A stretch of DNA of 64,000 nucleotides from Tubiluchus corallicola. Taxonomy: Eukaryota; Animalia; Priapulida. The stretch lies in contig JAQGDQ010000017.1 of NCBI GenBank assembly GCA_030141605.1, forward strand, positions 1,054,001-1,118,000, read 5' to 3'. Below the pieces are notes generated by a model. The model ran no database searches. It saw nothing but the letters and a program-made list of their open reading frames with translations, and was not told the DNA's origin. Below, piece by piece: positions 51,785 to 64,000 of the stretch; the stretch's first letter is position 1, and the number at the start of each line of letters is the position of its first letter. The position numbers and the translations under genes are program-made.

Positions 51785-52133
51785 TGACAGGTGTTCTGCA
51801 ATGGCGAAATCAGAGATATAAATAAATATGAAGTACTAGAATTTGCTAGGTATGCATAGCAAGTTGTATCATGTGCATCGAGCATGTTTCATTAACAACT
51901 AAAAACGAAATATACACATTGGCGTGTTAAAATTTCAAACACATGCAGGTATCCTAAAGGAAGTGTTTACAACTGTTCAGTGCAACTTACAATTTTTAAT
52001 TTTATTTTAAAATTGCAGAATGTCTCTTGAAAAACATAGTAAAATAAAATCATTTTTTTCAAAATGAATGCTGTTAAGTTCGCCATCATTGTGCTCAGAA
52101 GAAGATCTTACAAAAAACAATATTTACTTTAAG

Positions 52134-52777
52134 TAAGGTATGTCAAACAAACAAATACAATTTTGGCGATACGATAACGATAATCTATATTTTAGACGAC
52201 AGGATACGATACGATAAATTATTTCGAACGATAAAGACGATACTGAAGTTTGACAATTTATGCCACAACAGAAAAGTATCATTAATAGTTAAAATTATTA
52301 AGTGCTTCAGGGCGTTCGGTGCTGTATACTTAAACGGCTGCTAGTTATGAAACACAATGGTTCATAAATAAATCAAAAAATATTTATCTATGCAAGCTGC
52401 ACATGACCGGGAAATTGACGTTAAAAATACGGCACAGTGTATTTGGCATCCGCGCATCAGTATCAAAGTATATGGAGGGGCCTCTATACTTTGTCAGTAC
52501 AATTCAGAATGAAGATAAAGGTGAAAGTACAAAAAAATGATTCGGCATAATTCTAAATAATTCTTTTTATTTACTTTCTTGATTATTACTATAATAAATA
52601 GAAAAGCTTAGTGAAGTGATTTTATAAAAGTAAACGATAAGCAAAGATACGTGCCAAATTCGCTACAATAATGATATTCCTACAATCATATCGATACGAT
52701 AACAATAAAAACAAATTTTTTGTATCGATGCGATAATTGATAATTATCGATACATATCGTTATTGTTAACAACCCTA
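52134..52777. mobile_element. MITE with (T)AGGG-type ends and CGATA-rich subterminal repeats
   Basis: Right end gttaacaacccta; ctttaag is duplicated on both flanks (52127-52133 and 52778-52784); cgata(c/a) repeats near both ends. Confidence 0.6.
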
Positions 52778-55112
52778 CTTTAAGTTAATTAGCATTAAAA
52801 AACAAAAGTTTACAGAGCCACGTGCTTAGCAGTTTCTGCAATAAAAGAAAATACCACATTACTAGCAATCCCAAATTCCCTTTTTGCCTCTTACAAACCT
52901 CTCACACAGGCTCCAAAACTTTCGAAAACGATAATCAGCTTTTGTTCATTTACTTTTATATTAGACTTAGCTAGAAAAGGAAAATGTGCATTCATTTTTT
53001 TTCACAATCATACTTCCTAGGCTTCAATCTCACATGCTACAAATTTTTAATTTCAAAATTTAATCAGCATCAAAACACCATCAACACAAAGAACTATTCA
53101 AGAGATTGGTTCTTAAAATAAAGCACTTTTCCTAAGATACTAAAATTAAGTGATTTGACTCAACTTTTTGGCATTATGCATACAAGTTTCTTAGGAACAC
53201 AAAACAGCAAATTGGTGCCATAATGTGAATAGATTCACGAGAGAAACTGAATTTATTTACATTTTTCCGTAAATTCAACCAAAACAACTACTATTAGAAA
53301 CTTCACACCCCCCCCCCCACACACACACAAAAAAACCTGCAAAATCCTTAATGGATACATAGACATCAATTTTCAAAATCAATATTCTGCAGCTTTTACA
53401 CAAGCGCTGGCAAAGTGTTTTCCGAAAACCTCTCAACGTCGAAGAAACACTAAGACGGTATTCACCGGGGTGAAGTGGGTTGCCTAGAATGTCTGAATAA
53501 CAGATGAAATTTTTTTACCCTTTTTACCCTAAACAGAAAAGTGTGGTAAGTATACTTTTTTCAAGCCATCTCAAACCACTAAAACCATTTATAGTAAAGT
53601 GATGCTTTAGTAACAAGGTGGATCTAATGGGTGAAAAACAAAGGCACACAGAACCCCCTCATATTGAAGACCCTTATCAGGTTACTTTCTATCCCCTTAT
53701 GATTTCTTCCCGAAGCCTGGAACCGTCTCCGGTAATTACAACAAAATTTCCACCATTTATTCAGGATTACGATAAAATCTCGTCGATGTTTGCAATTAAG
53801 TTTTGCGCTGCAGGTTTAACGGGAGGCATTTACTGACAATGTTATAATTTACGGTCGCTGGATCTGCCGTAATCACCGTCAATTTTATCAATATCTGTCT
53901 TGTTGGGATAAATACTGTACTCGAATATGAATGGTAAAAAAGTAGCGGAGAATAACAACATGGAACGACTCCTCGATAAATTAAGGATAACGTTTTGGCG
54001 AACCGCTACACAGATTTTTCATTTGTGTGCTTGCAAACCAAAATCGTCCATAAGTCGGCATAGTTAAAACTACGTTATGATGCTTCAAAGTAGATTGCAC
54101 CAAAAATTTGGTCAAATGTTAATTTTTTGTTTGTTATAAAAACAAATGTTAAATATATTGGATTTTTATATTCTAGCATCAAATTATCAAGAAAATGCCC
54201 AAAAAATACTAAAAAATTTAACTTGATAACCCCTTCCCTACTTTTCTGGCTAGAAACTATTACTGCAATTATAAAAAACTGCTATTTTCAAACTCTGATA
54301 GAAGCTCATGGAAGCAGTCATTTTGCTTCAGGTTTTTTTCTATTGATAAGCCATCTACTGGATTTAAACATAACTTCAATGTGCTCTTGTAAAGTCCATA
54401 GGAACCACACTTTCGTGCGGTTGCTAAGTATTTTGTAGAGACGCGACAAAAAACAATGGCTGACTTTAACAAAGATTTTCTAAATATTATGCTTTTCAAT
54501 GCATAGCTTGCACCTCAAAACTTCAACATGGATTATCTCAGCTTAGAAATAACATAGAGTGATGAGTTCGGTATCAAAATGAAGATTCAGAATATATGAA
54601 TAACTAGAAAAGTGTAATTGCCGACAAACGGACGATTTTGCTATGTAGCGCACATTTTTTTCTATAGATAAATTATCACTGAATGATTTTCAAGTTTACA
54701 GGAAAAATAATTACAAAAGAGCGTTTTAATTTCCTACACAGTAAAATGGGGTAATCCTGTAAACACACACAGAGTAATACCAAATTAGAAAATCTGAAAA
54801 ATTTTGCAATCCACTGGGATGTGAACCCAACACCTTCTGCTCTCCACACGGCTAACCTTTATACCAAAGAGGTCACTGACCATTCAGATTTAGAAAAATA
54901 AGAAGGAAGATGAAGCAAGAGAAATTTCTAATGAAAGCTGTATTATTATTGTATTCTCTAGTCAACAATTATCACATGCCTGATTTAAAATTCTTGTACA
55001 ACCATTACAGAAGAAGTTGGAGTGGACAGTCACAGCTTGACCAGAGTAGGTTTAGGAAGGCAACCAGAAAATGGTAACTTGGTGGTAAATGGCAATAAAA
55101 ACTCCAACACAA

Positions 55113-55172
55113 GTGGGATTCGAACCCAGATCATCTGAATCGGCAACCTAGTGCAGTAATTCTTGGCCACCG
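55113..55172 (-). repeat. tRNA-derived SINE-like fragment
   Basis: B-box GGTTCGAATCCC on the minus strand with an upstream GGTGGCCAAG A-box-like motif; no full cloverleaf. Confidence 0.4.
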
Positions 55173-58039
55173 CGACAACCCCTTCATTACAGAAAAAGGG
55201 GGAAAAACGTTAATCTTGTTGAAATACAAACAACTTGAAAATTTTTACTTTTGTGGGCTGCAGTAAAAGAACTATAAATCTGAAAATGTCAAAAAAACCG
55301 AACTTTTATTTTTCAGAACTAACTCTAAAATAAAACGAAAAAAGTTTGAACTTCAGAAGTGTTCATCGTCTCATACTGTGTAAAAAGCAGACGGGGCTTT
55401 ACGACAAAAATCCTTACAACTCAAGCCACAAGTAAAGTGCCGAGCCAATTTCTAAGCTTTCAATCATCTTCGTTCACAATACGACATTAAATGTTACCCG
55501 GAAATTATCGACAACACTAACACGGCACCTGTATGCTATTCACACTTTTCATCAATACGCTCCGTTTTTCAATTTGTCCACAAAACCTCAATCCTTATGC
55601 ATCGATCTCGGCTCACGCTCGAAAATTGCCAGTTTGGAAAGCTTTTTGTGCAGGGTTGAGAAAACCCATGTGTATGTTTACGACGTTTCTTTCAGATGTG
55701 AAACGTCTGATTGCAGATAATGTGTCACTATTACAGCAAACTCCAACAAAGAAGAACAAAGAAAAAAGTAGAACAATGTTAAAAAAACACTTTTTATCTT
55801 AAAATAAAAACCAAGCTCTCTAGGTGGTTAGGCTTATTTCTATATTCGCGAAAAATGTTAGAAGGGTTTAGTAATTAAACTGAAATAAGTGCCTCATGTA
55901 ACTAGTAAAATCACTTTAAAGTCGCGATCACTTCATGATTGGGTGCTCCCACTTTCAACGCCAATTCTTCTTCCAAGGATATCTTTCGTCTTGAAGAAAA
56001 GTAGTGCACTGTCAATCTTCATCAAAAGTATGTTAAGTTTTCACAAAAAAATTAGATAGCTTATTTTGTAACATTTTTGCGTAAATATTATGTAAGCTGC
56101 AGAAGTTTGAATTAGTTTAAGCAGCGCGTGCTCACGGAAAGCCATGAAGTCTCCCAGTTACGTCAAGCTTTACAAGTGAATGGTGGCAACAACCACACCT
56201 GAAAATTTCTATTCAGAGGTAGTATATTTTAGATTTATGCTTTATAGGCAGTTTTTTGCAAATTTCCTTGCTATATTTTGTTAAGTTTAAGTGATAACAG
56301 TAAAATAAACTCATCATACTGAGTGACCTGTTCTTTCCTTTCAACCTGTTACATCAGATTGGAATATTTTACGCCATCTACAATAATTCACAAAAAATCT
56401 CACTAGGCTCACTAATATGCTGCAAAGATGGCTCACTTGCTTTAAATCACTGACCCTGGTGAATCATCATCATTAGCACCAATTCACTGCCACTGCCGTC
56501 ATCACCACCATTGTCATCAGCATTAATATCACTTTCGTTTTCGTCTACTCGCATCTGTTTGCTTTACTCCATTTAATGCATTTATTGTTTGTTTATATCA
56601 TAATTAAGGCCTATCCACGTTGAGCGTAGCTTATAAGTTAATTTCCATAGCTCATAGTACTGCAATGCATTGTTAATTTGTAATTGTACAACTTGTATTT
56701 TGTAGTACTATGCTAACCGGATGAATAAATAAATCTAAAAAAATCTAAAATCTAGATATAAGATTGCTACTAATACTACAAAACGGGCTTGTTGATTCTT
56801 AAGGAGTATAATCATACTAGTACCTTAAATTTAGGCACAAAGTCACAAATAATTAAACGAACAATACGTGAAAGGTTTCTCTTTTTCGCATGTTTAACTA
56901 ACGATGACGAATTTTGATGCCACACAATCTAGTAATTCCATTACGTCAGCAGCCGTAAAATTTTGCACAATTTTCAAATCCCAGAAACATAATTATAATT
57001 TTTATAGGTCTTCCACAAGATATAGTAAAATCCTAAAGCAATTCCTATTACCTACCTTTATTATGCTTTTGAGTTTCGACAGTGAACAAGCAAAACACAA
57101 AATAATAAGCTGCCTTTCTTGAAAATGAAAGATAGAAATCATTTCCAGTCCAAGCATTCAAATTAATAATGCATAGAGCTTAATTTACAATACTACAGTT
57201 TACTACAATACTACTAATAGTTACGCTTTACAAGGCTACACAATATTTTGCCCATGTGAGATGGTTAAATTTAACTGTTCAAAGCAATAATGAAAAAGCA
57301 GGAATGTTTTAAGCAATAAGGTGCATGCTTCCCTTAAGAAAGCTAAGCATTACCATATGAGAAGTCAAGACGGATGCTATTTGTTATTTATAGCAATAAA
57401 AGTAATTCTACTACATGTTAAATTATCTGATGAAAGAATAAATGAATCAAATAAATAAATGGTAAACAGTAAGCAAGGAATGTAAGCAAAAGGTCACCAT
57501 ATTAACTGCTGATTAGAAAAACAGATGTGGGCAATCAAAAAGGACGTATTCATCTAACATGCACTTCCATACAATTAACTATTAACGTCGGCCATTCAGC
57601 TTTTATACACTCAACTTAGGTCACATGACTTAGACTGGCTTTTTATAGAATACACAAAATATTAATGCAAATACAAGGTAAATCATTGAAAGGAATCAAA
57701 ATTTGGCCGACATTACCCCTATTTTCAATTTCGCAGCTTCTCTTAATGGCTCTAGCTTTCGGGAACTGGCCGTTCAACAAACCTGTTCCAAAGATCAACT
57801 GCACTTACAACTTCTCCTCCTTATGATGTCGTGGACATTCATAAAAACAAAAGCCTCTTATTCTACCTGCTTATTCTGTCTTAAACGTTACGTCTCTGAA
57901 ACACACTGTCGGCAGCTTGTTTCCCTTTGTCAAAAGTGTCCTTTAATTACGAAATCACCAACAGATACCTGCACACGATTTCTCTCTCTACCTTCTCTTT
58001 TTTCTTCTGTTTTCGCGGCTGTTGTATAGAGTGAGTTAT

Positions 58040-58520
58040 ACAGGATGATTTTTCATATACTACCCCATTTTCAAGTACGGTAAAAAGTATAGATTTTAAC
58101 AAAAATAATACTGCAAAAGCGTTTCTCATAATTAAATAATAGATTAAAATCTTAATTAACGGCGGGCGAGCGCAAACAGTGAACATCACAAACGAACATA
58201 ATTTTCAACAGCAAAAATATTCCACAAGCATGTTGCGGGAAGCGTGTTGTGTCTGAGAAAGCGAAAATTTAAGTACAGTACTACTAAGCAATTCAGTGTT
58301 TTGTAATAAAACTCGGCAAGTTTTAAAATTAAAATCAAATTAAGATTAAAATTCAAATTTACAGCTTTGTTGACGCATGAGCTGTCGAACGTGTGTAGTT
58401 CGCCACAAACTAACACATCAGAACAAACAGGTACAGAACCTATTTTTTGCGCAATGCCTTAGCAAAATTCAGGCGCTTAGCACCCGCCTAACTAGCAAAT
58501 GACTAAATGCATGTAACAGC
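58040..58520 (+). repeat. Dispersed repeat family A, copy 3
   Basis: Collinear similarity with 15640-16080. Confidence 0.85.
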
Positions 58521-59105
58521 GAACAACTAGAGAAGCGAATGTGAAATTGCGTTTGGGAGGTAATAATTATTTTACGTAAGTCGGCATTTTTGAAAAAATA
58601 GTATGTTTCCTTTCAATATTTTAAAGAATAGGTTGTCTTGACCTACAGTTTAACATTGGATCCAGTTTTGCTTTACTGTAATATTGTATGACTAAACATT
58701 AAACAGACGTCCATAGCTATAAATTTAAAAATGACAGTTAGCGCCCACTTAAAAAAAGACATGGTGTTTATTCAGACACAACACCAGCAAATCTGCTATA
58801 AATTTAATATGCATAGAAATACTGTAAAAATAAGATTGTGACTGTTTTGCTACTATACTGCAGCTGCAGCTTCTTTATGATACTGTAGAACAGTACCATA
58901 GCTATGTACCTTAATTGCTACCATCATACATAGATATAATTATGATGTTGCACATAATTATGTGTGGTGAAGCGTCATCTGACATCACAGAATTGCTTCA
59001 AACAGTATGTGCATTCATGAGTATAAACTATTAGTTGAAAGATTTCATTGTAGTTGTTCCATACCATGAAGCCTCCACTACATGACAACAATTAACAATC
59101 TACTC

Positions 59106-59420
59106 AATAAGCCAATAAGCCTTTTCACAGTTCCAACGAGTGATGATGATCGTGAAAAGGTCAAAGGTTAAGTGTACCAGACAATGCATTCATGTAAACT
59201 TGACAACGCCTTGCAGTCCATGGTATTGTAATAGTAACAGTTTTAACAGCCTTACCTAGTTCATTTTTTTCTTGCCCCCAAGCAAGATCCTGCTATGCAC
59301 AGACTAATGCATAATTAAGTGAAGTCCTCGTAAAACAACAGAAGTTACTGAACTGATGCAGCAGAGGGCCTTGCTTTATCTGCACATCATGCGACGGTTG
59401 TAGCTAAACTGCATTGCTGA
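59106..59420 (+). repeat. Dispersed repeat family B, copy 2
   Basis: Collinear similarity with 23987-24290. Confidence 0.85.
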
Positions 59421-62033
59421 TTATGTAATGAAAATAAGGTAAAAACGACAAAAAACACTGGAAACTCGGCTAGTTAACCCAGAAAATGTGACATAATAAT
59501 TAGTTTTTAAGGTAAAGCTCAAATTTGTAAGTTGAGTTCCCGGTACTAACTACATGCTTGTAGAACTGCATGCTTGTCTGAAACTCAACAAATACCTGTA
59601 ATTTTGTTGCCTACAGTTATGTACAGCACTTACTCATTTTGGGGGTACAATCGTGTGGATTAAGTTACGTAAGCATTTCAAATTTGCTGCTAACTGATCA
59701 GATGACTATTCTTACATAGACACAATTAAGCACAAAGATTTAGTCAGCTAGAATAGCGACACTGCTGAATGAACGGCAAAAGCTTTGTTATGCATGCTTT
59801 GGTGCAATCCATTAGCTTGCGCCATTTTTTTTCAAATATGCCCGCAGGGAGGTTTCATTTGGCTGGAGATGCGAATGATTGGAACTTCCTTTAAATTTTT
59901 AAGCAAGAATTCTTATACGCGTCTATTGCGCTGTAATTTCGGCATTTGTAATTATATATCAAACTACAATGAATGTTGTTTGAGTGTTGGCTTTTCCTTT
60001 AATGACCATAAGACAAACATTTTAAACTCAGGAAATTCTACTTGCCATAAATTGGTGATCACACACAAATACATCCAAATTTTACACAGACACGTCACTT
60101 GAAGCGAATAGTAGACAAAAAGAAATCCGGACAGATCACAGAACACAACTACACCTATATGACCACCAACATTTGACGAGGAACACAAAAACTAGCCATA
60201 TGGATGCACAGGCAGCAGCACAAAATGCACACGCAGCACACACATTTCAAGGAAGCTGACAATGAAGGCTTCATCTCTTACAGGAAGAAGCCAGCATCTT
60301 CGCTGTATATGACCAAGTCTATCAGCAGTGCGCTGATCAATACAAGAAACGAGTCTTCACCGCTGTGCATCCGTCCATCGTTAATCATGTGCATTCCCCA
60401 CGTCCCCAATCATACAGTGCCGAGTGCGCCACCGAGGCGCGATAACGAGACCGAGGGAGAGTTATGTACACAAGCGGAGAAAGCCTGCATTCTCCATTCA
60501 CTGTCAGTTATTAGGGCAAATAGTAGCCAATCGTACGGCAGGAAAGAGTTAAGTAAACAGACGGAATAATTGCTGCAGACAAATAAGCTGGTACCGAATC
60601 GACATGCGATGTTTCATCAAGATTATAAATCATTTTCAGCGACAGAGGAAATTATGTATACTGTAAAAGCCTAAAAGCGATTTATGACATGCCGTTAAAC
60701 ACGATGCGATTCTACCTTCGAAATAACAATTCCAGAATAACCCACAAAATTCATGTCACATTATACGCATTGAATACAATCACAATTGCAAAATATCATT
60801 TAAATGTGCCGCAGAAATGTCTCCAAAGCAGGAAATGCCTATTAAGCAGAAATAAAACTAGAGAAGGCAACTTTAAACTAATGCTAGAAAAACAAAACAG
60901 ATTAAATAGAAGGCCCCAAGAATCAAACAAAGGCCCTAAGACGAGGACGTAGCTACACCCACTAGCCACGATTAGACAAAATCATTACTTTTAAAGTTTT
61001 AACTCATAAAAAATAGAAGTTTTGTTTTACTGATCATGGAAGACAGTTTTCTTGTACAGTATGATGTATCTACGTTGTACAATTTTCAAATATGGTTTGC
61101 TTAAAAAACGTGAATTTTGAAAATTGAAATATCATCCAACTTCAAGTATGGCATAGGAAGCCAACAGGTATGCACATACAATTTTAGACTTGGGGAATTT
61201 TCATGTTACAACGCATTTGAAATTAGTGATTCTATAACATGACCTTTGAACATCAACCAAGGTGATACGTGACATCTCCACTGGAACTCCCAACATGGCT
61301 TCCCATGTGCAGATACATGTGTAATTTCAAAGGACACTTATTTGAAAAAGTCACCTGAATCATCTAGCGGAATCACTTACGGATCGACTGGCCCAAAATA
61401 CAATTACTGAGCGTTCATAGTCTTCCCATTCATGGAATTTTTGAGGTGATCTTTTACGAAGTTGTTTACGCATCACCTGTCACCGAAATCATACCTTTTT
61501 GAAGAAAAATATAAATTTTAACCTTGTAGGCTTGAGCTCTCGAGGGAGATGATATTCATTAACAAAAACACAGACACACAAACATACAGACAGACATAAA
61601 TTAGGAAGATTATTTATAAAGCTTGGCTCTCCAGGGGCACTAAGTCAACTGTAACAAGTGACAGAATAACAGTTTAGTAGAACAGTGCACGGTAGCTAAT
61701 AGCTAACAAGGTAAACATATTCAGTAATCATTCTCCATATTTAACAGTAAAACAGCTATAGGTAATTAACGTAAGGCAGAAAGTATCAAAAAATTTCATA
61801 CTAAAAAGGCACGCTGCCATTGCAATAACATGAAAAAATGACGAAATCAAAGTTTGTTTTTTGTTTCAGAAACCATCCTCAAAAAATCACCTTCTTGAAG
61901 ACAATAACTTTAAACAAAAACCACGAGGACTTGAGCAAAATGATCAGTGATCACCGAAGCGAAAGTTGCCAAAATAGTGGATAATTCTGAAGACATGCAC
62001 CAATAGAATGCTTAACTACAGGCTAATTCAAAT

Positions 62034-62035
<2 letters not shown>

Positions 62036-62083
<48 letters not shown>
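62036..62083. repeat. (CA)n microsatellite
   Basis: About 24 perfect CA units. Confidence 0.97.
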
Positions 62084-62085
<2 letters not shown>

Positions 62086-63033
62086 CATAAATAGCAGTCA
62101 GAGTACACAAGTTAGAGAGGCAACCGTCCAATAGGCATTACCAGTAATGTTAATAATGGATCGGAAACTGATTATTTAGCTTTAATTTAATAGGCAAATA
62201 GTGAGCGTGTGTACTATTAGAGAAGGGTACGTAAGGTGAGTAGACAGCAGTCGCTCAACGACATGTGATGCAATGAAAGAAAACGACTATTTGAAGAAAA
62301 AAGTGCCACATGTCGGTACTGTAAAATGAAATAAAAAACCAATTTTAGGCACTTTTTGTTTTTTTAAACGATCACATTCCTGTTGATTATGAGGATTCAG
62401 AGAGACACTCCAATAATGACATTAGTCATTTAGATTAATCTAAATCATTAGAAATGGCAGTGAGACTTTTGGCACCATAGGAAGTGAGAAGTGAATTCTG
62501 AACCAGTTAGACTTGGAAAGCATCAGTAAAGTAACGACCCTTGAGGTGACTTGATACAGACAAGCAAAAAACAAGCTAGAAAAAACAGAGCAAATGAATT
62601 AATTCCGTACGAGCTGGTCAGACGAAAAGCTTTGTCCGGAAAAATTAGCAATAAAAGTAAAACGAAAAAAGCAAAGAGCAAAAGTGCAGTTACAGTGCCT
62701 GTGATAGAAAGTAGTGACGATGTGGTTGGTGCAGACAGCCCTTCCCAGCCTTTAGCCATTAAGATGTAAAGCAAGGTAACTTGGGTAAGCCACAGCAAAC
62801 CACAAACTCAACAATTATCAAGCCAGAACCAGGAGTGTACATTTAGACAATAAAATAAAGAAGGGCAGAAAGACAGATCAACCAGATCGCTTAAAAGCAA
62901 AAACATGAAAACTTCTAATCAGTTCTAAGTGAGAAAGCGTGAACATGCATCCGCATAACAATAAAAAGCAAATGTTACTTAACTCGTAAAGACTTGTTTT
63001 TGTTTAAGACTTAAAAACCTGTCTAGGAATAAA

Positions 63034-63330
63034 TAAGGGTGAGCATTCGCTACCAGAAAACCAATTCAAATTCAGTTTTAAAGATTTTCGAATCACTAAT
63101 AAAAAGCAATCTCACAAAGGTCGTGCAAATTACTTGATTGTTTTGCAGTAAAAACCACTAATAATTTGTTTAAAAATTTGTGCACAAAAATCGCTACTAA
63201 AGTATGCTGATTGCATGATGTTTCAATCACTTTAATACTAAAGAACGTATGTATTGAAGTGCTGAATTATACGAACGCATAATTATAGGTTCGAATCGAA
63301 TTCGAACTAAAGAAACTTGTTCTCACCCTA
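63034..63330 (-). mobile_element. hAT-like MITE family C, copy 3 (inverted)
   Basis: agggtgagcatt ... ctcacccta; the interior is the reverse complement of the 39709-40091 interior (aatttgtttaaaaatttgtgcaca). Confidence 0.8.
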
Positions 63331-63899
63331 TCAATAAGACACACCTCCATGTCAGGCATCGTCTATAGGTAGAAAATCTGTGCACCTCTTTTTACATGAC
63401 ACTCCTCCTTTTAACTATAGCTCACTTACTCAAGTAATAAATTTATTTAAGTGCGGTGGTACTTGTGAGAACATTGAAACTGATTTTAAGTACATATATA
63501 CCTGGGAATACATCAAACAGCAAACTTAAACATAAAAACAGGTTTTCCTTCGCAGCGGTGAGAGTAAAGTTAGTTTACATTATAGGCTCCTTACAGCATA
63601 ATCTATCGTAAAGTGGCTTTCATTTACGTTTATCTTCTCCGGGGGACCCTGTAAAATTAAATTAACTCAGCAGGCAACAGCAATGCATTGTGGCGTCTCA
63701 GAATGAACTGAAAGTTATATTAGCAGGAAGGAAAGATAATAAAATGTTTCTTGAAAATAAAAAATAATCTATTAAGTAAGAACCACTCTAGTATGAGCGA
63801 TCTAACATTGAAAATGCTGAATTTGGTTGGCCAGTTACAACGGATAACTTTTGGACAGACTATCTAGGAACCAATGACCTTGACCAATGAGGAATGAAC

Positions 63900-63957
63900 T
63901 GGCTTATTGGTCTCGGGCGTATGCGAGCAGACAGTCCCTGGTTCAAATCCCGGGTTT
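63900..63957 (+). repeat. tRNA-derived SINE-like fragment
   Basis: A-box-like tggcttattgg and B-box ggttcaaatccc at tRNA-like spacing; degenerate stems. Confidence 0.4.
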
Positions 63958-64000
63958 GTAACATCATTTCTTGCAGCATTTTCAAAAAAAACAGTTAATG

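Noticed and set aside
62430-62900. Purine-rich, Lys-rich ORF (62551-62769) that looks coding
   Set aside because: Non-ATG start, flanking stops, no recognisable domain and no clear acceptor; at best a decayed fragment.
63900-63957. Genuine tRNA genes here and at 55113-55172
   Set aside because: Only A/B-box-like motifs are present; no complete cloverleaf could be folded by eye.

Overview
AT-rich eukaryotic genomic DNA, most likely from an invertebrate and probably an arthropod (inferred from the NDUFA3-like protein, the 5S sequence and the repeat landscape; the species cannot be determined here). It is not prokaryotic and has no CRISPR array. The left 40 kb carries six recognisable genes: sulfite oxidase, a C2H2 zinc-finger protein, a eukaryotic-type UDP-galactopyranose mutase (UGM), a spliced CD225/dispanin membrane protein, an NDUFA3-like complex I subunit and SRP14. 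Five of these have intronless coding sequences, each preceded by a splice acceptor. The right 23 kb is gene-poor, with MITEs, SINE/LINE debris and a few candidate minus-strand exons. The main highlights are: (1) an intact trypanosomatid/fungal-like UGM embedded in host repeats, suggesting galactofuranose biosynthesis, possibly horizontally acquired; (2) a chimeric 5S rRNA + RTE-LINE SINE nested in a MITE; (3) a sulfite oxidase with substitutions at conserved active-site positions, flanked by decayed copies of itself; (4) a candidate unannotated small secreted peptide. All family assignments come from motif recognition by eye; no database search was run.
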